NCBI GenBank assembly: GCA_042090165.1
Contig: JBELJV010000004.1
Coordinates: forward strand, 1 to 27,704
Source of the DNA: Gammaproteobacteria bacterium
GTDB lineage: Bacteria; Pseudomonadota; Gammaproteobacteria; Magnimaribacterales; TMED112
DNA length: 27,704 bases
Direction of reading: 5' to 3'
A program made the position numbers and the translations under genes. Shown piece after piece: positions 23,865 through 27,704 of the stretch. Within the stretch, counting starts at the first letter, position 1; each line of letters begins with the position of its first letter. The notes under the pieces are model-generated. The model made no database searches, was not told where the DNA came from, and saw only the letters and a program-made list of their open reading frames with translations.

Positions 23865-26180
23865 CTAAACAAGTGCTTTTTCTAGGACTTCTTCAATAGC
23901 TTTTACAGGGTGAATATTTAAATCCTTTAAAATATTGTTCTCTATTTCCTCAAGATCGCCTTTGTTTTCATGAGGGATGATTATATTAGTAATGCCACTT
24001 CTTTTGGCTGCAATAAGCTTTTCTTTGAGACCACCAATTTTTAAAACTTTACCAGCCAATGTAATTTCTCCCGTCATTGCTAGGTTTGCTTTAACTTTCT
24101 TATCAAAAATAAGTGAAGCTATGGCTGTACACATGGTAATACCGGCACTAGGCCCGTCTTTGGGGGTAGCTCCTTCTGGTACATGAATATGTAGATCCTG
24201 TTTTTCAAAGAAATCTGCCTTTGTGCTTTTTTTAGATTTTATATTTTTTGCAACCGTTAAAGCTGCTTGAATTGACTCTTGCATGACATCGCCCAATGAG
24301 CCTGTTTTAATAATCCTTCCTTTCCCAGCTGTTAAAGCTGCTTCAATTTGTAGCAATTCCCCACCAACAGAGGTCCATGCCAAACCATTAACCTGCCCTT
24401 TGGAATTTTCTTCATCATGCTGACCATATTTAAATGGCTCAGGCCCTAAAATATTCCTTACAACCCTATTATCAACCAGTCTTGCCGTTTTTGTTCCAAG
24501 AGAAAGCTCTTTTACCTTTTTCCTACAAACTTTATTAATCTCTCTATCAAGGCTTCTCACCCCTGCTTCTCTGGTATAGTTTCTAATGATTTTTAATACG
24601 GCGTTATCACTAAAATTTATCTCTTTTTCTAACAGACCATTCTTCTCTCTGTTGCGTGGCACTAGATAATTTTTTGCAATGTTAAGCTTTTCATCTTCAA
24701 TATATCCAGGTAGCCTAATTATTTCCATTCTATCTAAAAGTGGTGGTGGAATATTTAAAGAGTTTGCCGTGCAGATAAACATCACACCTGATAGATCATA
24801 ATCAACTTCAAGATAATGATCATTGAATGTATTGTTTTGCTCGGGATCAAGAACTTCAAGCAGAGCTGAACTTGGGTCACCTCTGTGATCCATACCAACT
24901 TTGTCTATTTCATCTAATAGAAATAATGGGTTTTTGACTTTTCCTTTTGAAAGTTTTTGGATGATTTTTCCTGGCATAGATCCAATATAAGTTTTTCTAT
25001 GGCCTCTTATTTCTGCCTCATCGCGTACCCCGCCCAAAGATAATCTAGTAAATTTTCTATTGACTGCTTTCGCAATCGATTCACCCAAAGATGTTTTGCC
25101 AACTCCTGGAGGGCCTACAAAACAAAGTACAGGAGCTTTAATCCTGTCTACCCTTTTTTGAACAGCTAGATACTCAAGTATGCGCTCCTTAACTTCTTTA
25201 AGACCATAATGATCTTCATCTAATATTTTTTTTGCTTTGTTAAGATCTAGGTTAATTTTTGTAGACTTCTCCCACGGTACATCAAGGATTGTCTCAATAT
25301 ACGTTCTAATGACTGTTGCCTCTGCTGACATTGGTGACATTTGCTTGAGTTTTGAAAACTCTGAACTGACCTTTTCTAGTGCTTCTTTTGAAAGCTTTGT
25401 CTCTTCAATTCGCTTGCTTAACTCATCTAATTCATTCTTTTCTTCGCCAATTTCTCCAAGTTCCTTTTGTGCTGCTTTAATTTGTTCATTTAAAAAATAC
25501 TCTTTTTGAGATTTTTCCATTTGCTTTCTGACCCTACCTCGTATTCTTTGCTCAACTTCAATGAGTTCTATCTGAGCTTCTAAAAGACTTGAAAGGAACT
25601 CTGCTCTTTCAACAATATTAATTTTTTCAAGGATTTCTTGTTTGTCTTTGACTGATAAATGAATATTCGATGAAATAATATCAACTGCCTTTGACAAGCT
25701 ACCCATAGATTCAACTTGATTAATAATTTCATGAGAAACCTTACGAGACACACTTACAAACTCGGTAAATTGGTTTTTTATTGTGTTAAGTAAATCTTGT
25801 TCGTACTTGGAGTCATCTATGACCTCATCAATTTTTTCAATTTCTGCGAAATAACCTTCATCTGTTGTAATGCTTTCAAGCTTAGCTCTTTGAATGCCTT
25901 CCACAAGAATCTTTACGGTGCCATCTGGCAGCTTAATCATTTGAAGCAGAGTCGATAGAGTTCCTATCTTTGGCAGATCTTTGATTGAAGGCTCTTCTGA
26001 TGCTGGAGAATTTTGTGCAATTAAGAAGATTTTTTTATTACTTCTTAGTGCATCTTCAAGCGAAAAAATTGATTTTTCACGCCCAACAAACAATGTTGAA
26101 ACTGTATTGGGAAATATCACAACATCCCTAAGAGGGATCATTGGCATTTTAATTTTTAACTTTAGGTCTTCTTGTTCCAT
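23865..26180 (-). CDS. lon: ATP-dependent protease La
   Basis: PLRDVVIFP, Walker [24 protein letters not shown] (catalytic Ser), IGGLKEK (Lys). Confidence 0.98.
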   Translation of the reverse strand: MEQEDLKLKIKMPMIPLRDVVIFPNTVSTLFVGREKSIFSLEDALRSNKKIFLIAQNSPASEEPSIKDLPKIGTLSTLLQMIKLPDGTVKILVEGIQRAKLESITTDEGYFAEIEKIDEVIDDSKYEQDLLNTIKNQFTEFVSVSRKVSHEIINQVESMGSLSKAVDIISSNIHLSVKDKQEILEKINIVERAEFLSSLLEAQIELIEVEQRIRGRVRKQMEKSQKEYFLNEQIKAAQKELGEIGEEKNELDELSKRIEETKLSKEALEKVSSEFSKLKQMSPMSAEATVIRTYIETILDVPWEKSTKINLDLNKAKKILDEDHYGLKEVKERILEYLAVQKRVDRIKAPVLCFVGPPGVGKTSLGESIAKAVNRKFTRLSLGGVRDEAEIRGHRKTYIGSMPGKIIQKLSKGKVKNPLFLLDEIDKVGMDHRGDPSSALLEVLDPEQNNTFNDHYLEVDYDLSGVMFICTANSLNIPPPLLDRMEIIRLPGYIEDEKLNIAKNYLVPRNREKNGLLEKEINFSDNAVLKIIRNYTREAGVRSLDREINKVCRKKVKELSLGTKTARLVDNRVVRNILGPEPFKYGQHDEENSKGQVNGLAWTSVGGELLQIEAALTAGKGRIIKTGSLGDVMQESIQAALTVAKNIKSKKSTKADFFEKQDLHIHVPEGATPKDGPSAGITMCTAIASLIFDKKVKANLAMTGEITLAGKVLKIGGLKEKLIAAKRSGITNIIIPHENKGDLEEIENNILKDLNIHPVKAIEEVLEKALV

Positions 26181-27409
26181 TAAGTGGCTGCTTTCTTGTT
26201 AAGAAGCTGGATAGGTTGCTCTCTTTTCTCAACAATATTTTTATCAATTACTATTTTTTCAACATTATTCTCAGAAGGGAGATTGAACATTGAGTCTAGC
26301 AGTATGTCTTCAAAAATTGATCTTATGGCTCTTGCACCAGATGCACTTGATTTTGCCTCTTTCGCAATTGATTCAAAAGCATCCTTTGTAAATTCAAGTT
26401 TAATGCCATCCATTTCAAAGAGATAAACAAACTGATCAACAATGGAGTTTTTTGTTTCAGACATTACTTTAATAAGCTCTTTTTTTGAAAGCTCCTCAAG
26501 AGCTGCAGTTACAGGGAACCTTCCAATGAATTCTGGGATAATTCCAAACTTAATAAGGTCTGCAGTATTTACGTCTTTAAAGATTGATCCTTTTGCCTTC
26601 TCATCTAAAGTTAATTCTTGGTTAAACCCAATTGAGCTATTGGAAAGCCTTTTGAGGACCTGTTCCTCTAAACCATTAAATGCTCCACCACAAATAAATA
26701 AAATATTTTTGGTATTTACATTAATGAATTCTTGTTGAGGATGTTTTCTGCCGCCTTTTGGAGGTATTGAAGCTATAGTTCCTTCAATGATTTTTAATAA
26801 AGCTTGTTGAACGCCCTCGCCTGAAACATCTCTTGTAATTGAAACATTTTCACCTTTTTTTGAGATCTTATCGATTTCATCAATATATATTATTCCTTGC
26901 TCTGCCCTTTCAATATCATAATCTGCATTCATTAAAAGTTTTTGAATAATATTTTCTACATCTTCTCCAACATAGCCTGCTTCTGTCAGTGATGTTGCAT
27001 CAACAATTGCAAATGGAACGTTCAAAATTTTTGCCAAGGTTTGAGCGAGCAAAGTTTTACCTGAGCCTGTTGGTCCCAGCAATAAGACATTGCTTTTTTG
27101 AATCTCAACTGCATCAGCAGTATCTTTGGTTGTGATTCTTTTGTAATGATTATAGACAGCAACTGAAAGCTTTCTTTTAGCTTCGTCTTGCCCAACCACA
27201 AGCTCGTTCAAGAGTGCATAGATTTGTTTAGGCTTTACGATTTCAAAAGACTGATCAGCTTCAGATTTTTCCTCTTCGACCAATATATCATTACAAAGGT
27301 CAACGCACTCGTTACATATATAAATGTTAGGTCCTGCAATAAGTTTTTTAACCTTTGACTGTTGCTTGCCACAGAAAGAACATGATAGTTTCGATTTTTT
27401 TACTTCCAT
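26180..27409 (-). CDS. clpX: ATP-dependent Clp protease ATPase ClpX
   Basis: CSFC...CNEC zinc domain, [32 protein letters not shown] loop. Confidence 0.98.
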   Translation of the reverse strand: MEVKKSKLSCSFCGKQQSKVKKLIAGPNIYICNECVDLCNDILVEEEKSEADQSFEIVKPKQIYALLNELVVGQDEAKRKLSVAVYNHYKRITTKDTADAVEIQKSNVLLLGPTGSGKTLLAQTLAKILNVPFAIVDATSLTEAGYVGEDVENIIQKLLMNADYDIERAEQGIIYIDEIDKISKKGENVSITRDVSGEGVQQALLKIIEGTIASIPPKGGRKHPQQEFINVNTKNILFICGGAFNGLEEQVLKRLSNSSIGFNQELTLDEKAKGSIFKDVNTADLIKFGIIPEFIGRFPVTAALEELSKKELIKVMSETKNSIVDQFVYLFEMDGIKLEFTKDAFESIAKEAKSSASGARAIRSIFEDILLDSMFNLPSENNVEKIVIDKNIVEKREQPIQLLNKKAAT

Positions 27410-27704
27410 TATTTTCTATTTTCTAAAATCTCGTCTATTAAACCATATTTTGCAGCTTCTCTAGAGTCCATGAAGAAATCACGCTCAGTATCCTTTTCAA
27501 TTTTCTTAAGTGTCTGGCCTGTTGCAGTTGCCAGTATATTATTGAGCTTCTCTTTAAGAGTTCTGATTTCTTTTGCATGAATTTCAATATCTGTTGCTTG
27601 ACCCTGAACTCCGCCCAATGGTTGATGTATCATCACCCTGCTATTCGGAAGTGCAAATCTTTTGCCCTTTGCTCCACCAGCTAACAAAACAGCGCCCATG
27701 CTTG
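27409..27704 (-). CDS. clpP: ClpP proteolytic subunit, C-terminal part (5' end outside the window)
   Basis: (A)[32 protein letters not shown]. The frame stays open to the window edge, so the track's Met is internal. Confidence 0.96.
   Translation of the reverse strand, partial: SMGAVLLAGGAKGKRFALPNSRVMIHQPLGGVQGQATDIEIHAKEIRTLKEKLNNILATATGQTLKKIEKDTERDFFMDSREAAKYGLIDEILENRK

Noticed and set aside
23842-23871. Perfect TTGACA on the plus strand pointing antisense into lon
   Set aside because: The best -10 is TAAACA at 18 nt, which lacks the conserved last T; insufficient without transcript data.
2690-27409. Many short opposite-strand or alternate-frame ORFs in the track (e.g. 2690-2983, 4738-5112, 7358-7663, 11371-11757, 14928-15272, 15312-15719, 25237-25509, 26442-26738)
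   Set aside because: All lie within well-supported genes and show no motifs; they are expected shadow ORFs.
1-27704. CRISPR arrays, IS elements, prophage or defence genes
   Set aside because: No regularly spaced repeats or transposase, integrase or phage-like ORFs were seen by eye.

Overview
AT-rich, very tightly packed bacterial chromosome segment. Gene content and order (clpP-clpX-lon-hupB-ppiD; rnhA-dnaQ; two large TonB-dependent receptors; overlapping genes) point to a streamlined gammaproteobacterium, plausibly marine and SAR86-like (inference). Left third: a glucose/glucoside locus (glucokinase, Na+/sugar symporter, secreted GH3 beta-glucosidase, divergent GH13 alpha-glucosidase), a thioesterase plus SGNH esterase pair, a DUF2306-like membrane protein and a RimB-RimK fusion. 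Centre: two divergent TonB-dependent receptors around tRNA-Ala(GGC). The second heads a TBDR-DASS-GGT-family cassette lying between gltX and the tRNA. Right third: core housekeeping genes. Best leads: (1) the GGT-family enzyme has Asn/Gly where E. coli GGT has the alpha-amino-binding Asp433/Asn411 and is coupled to a DASS symporter with altered motifs, suggesting uptake and hydrolysis of dicarboxylyl amides rather than glutathione; (2) a 232-bp spacer bounded exactly by 14/15-bp inverted repeats whose inversion would swap a TATAAT for TGTAAT; (3) GluRS lacks the anticodon-discriminating Arg; (4) several apparent leaderless promoters; (5) atypical tRNA-Ala pairs. No transposase, integrase, CRISPR array or rRNA seen. 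Reference residue numbers and reference sequences are recalled from the literature, aligned by eye, and need confirming.
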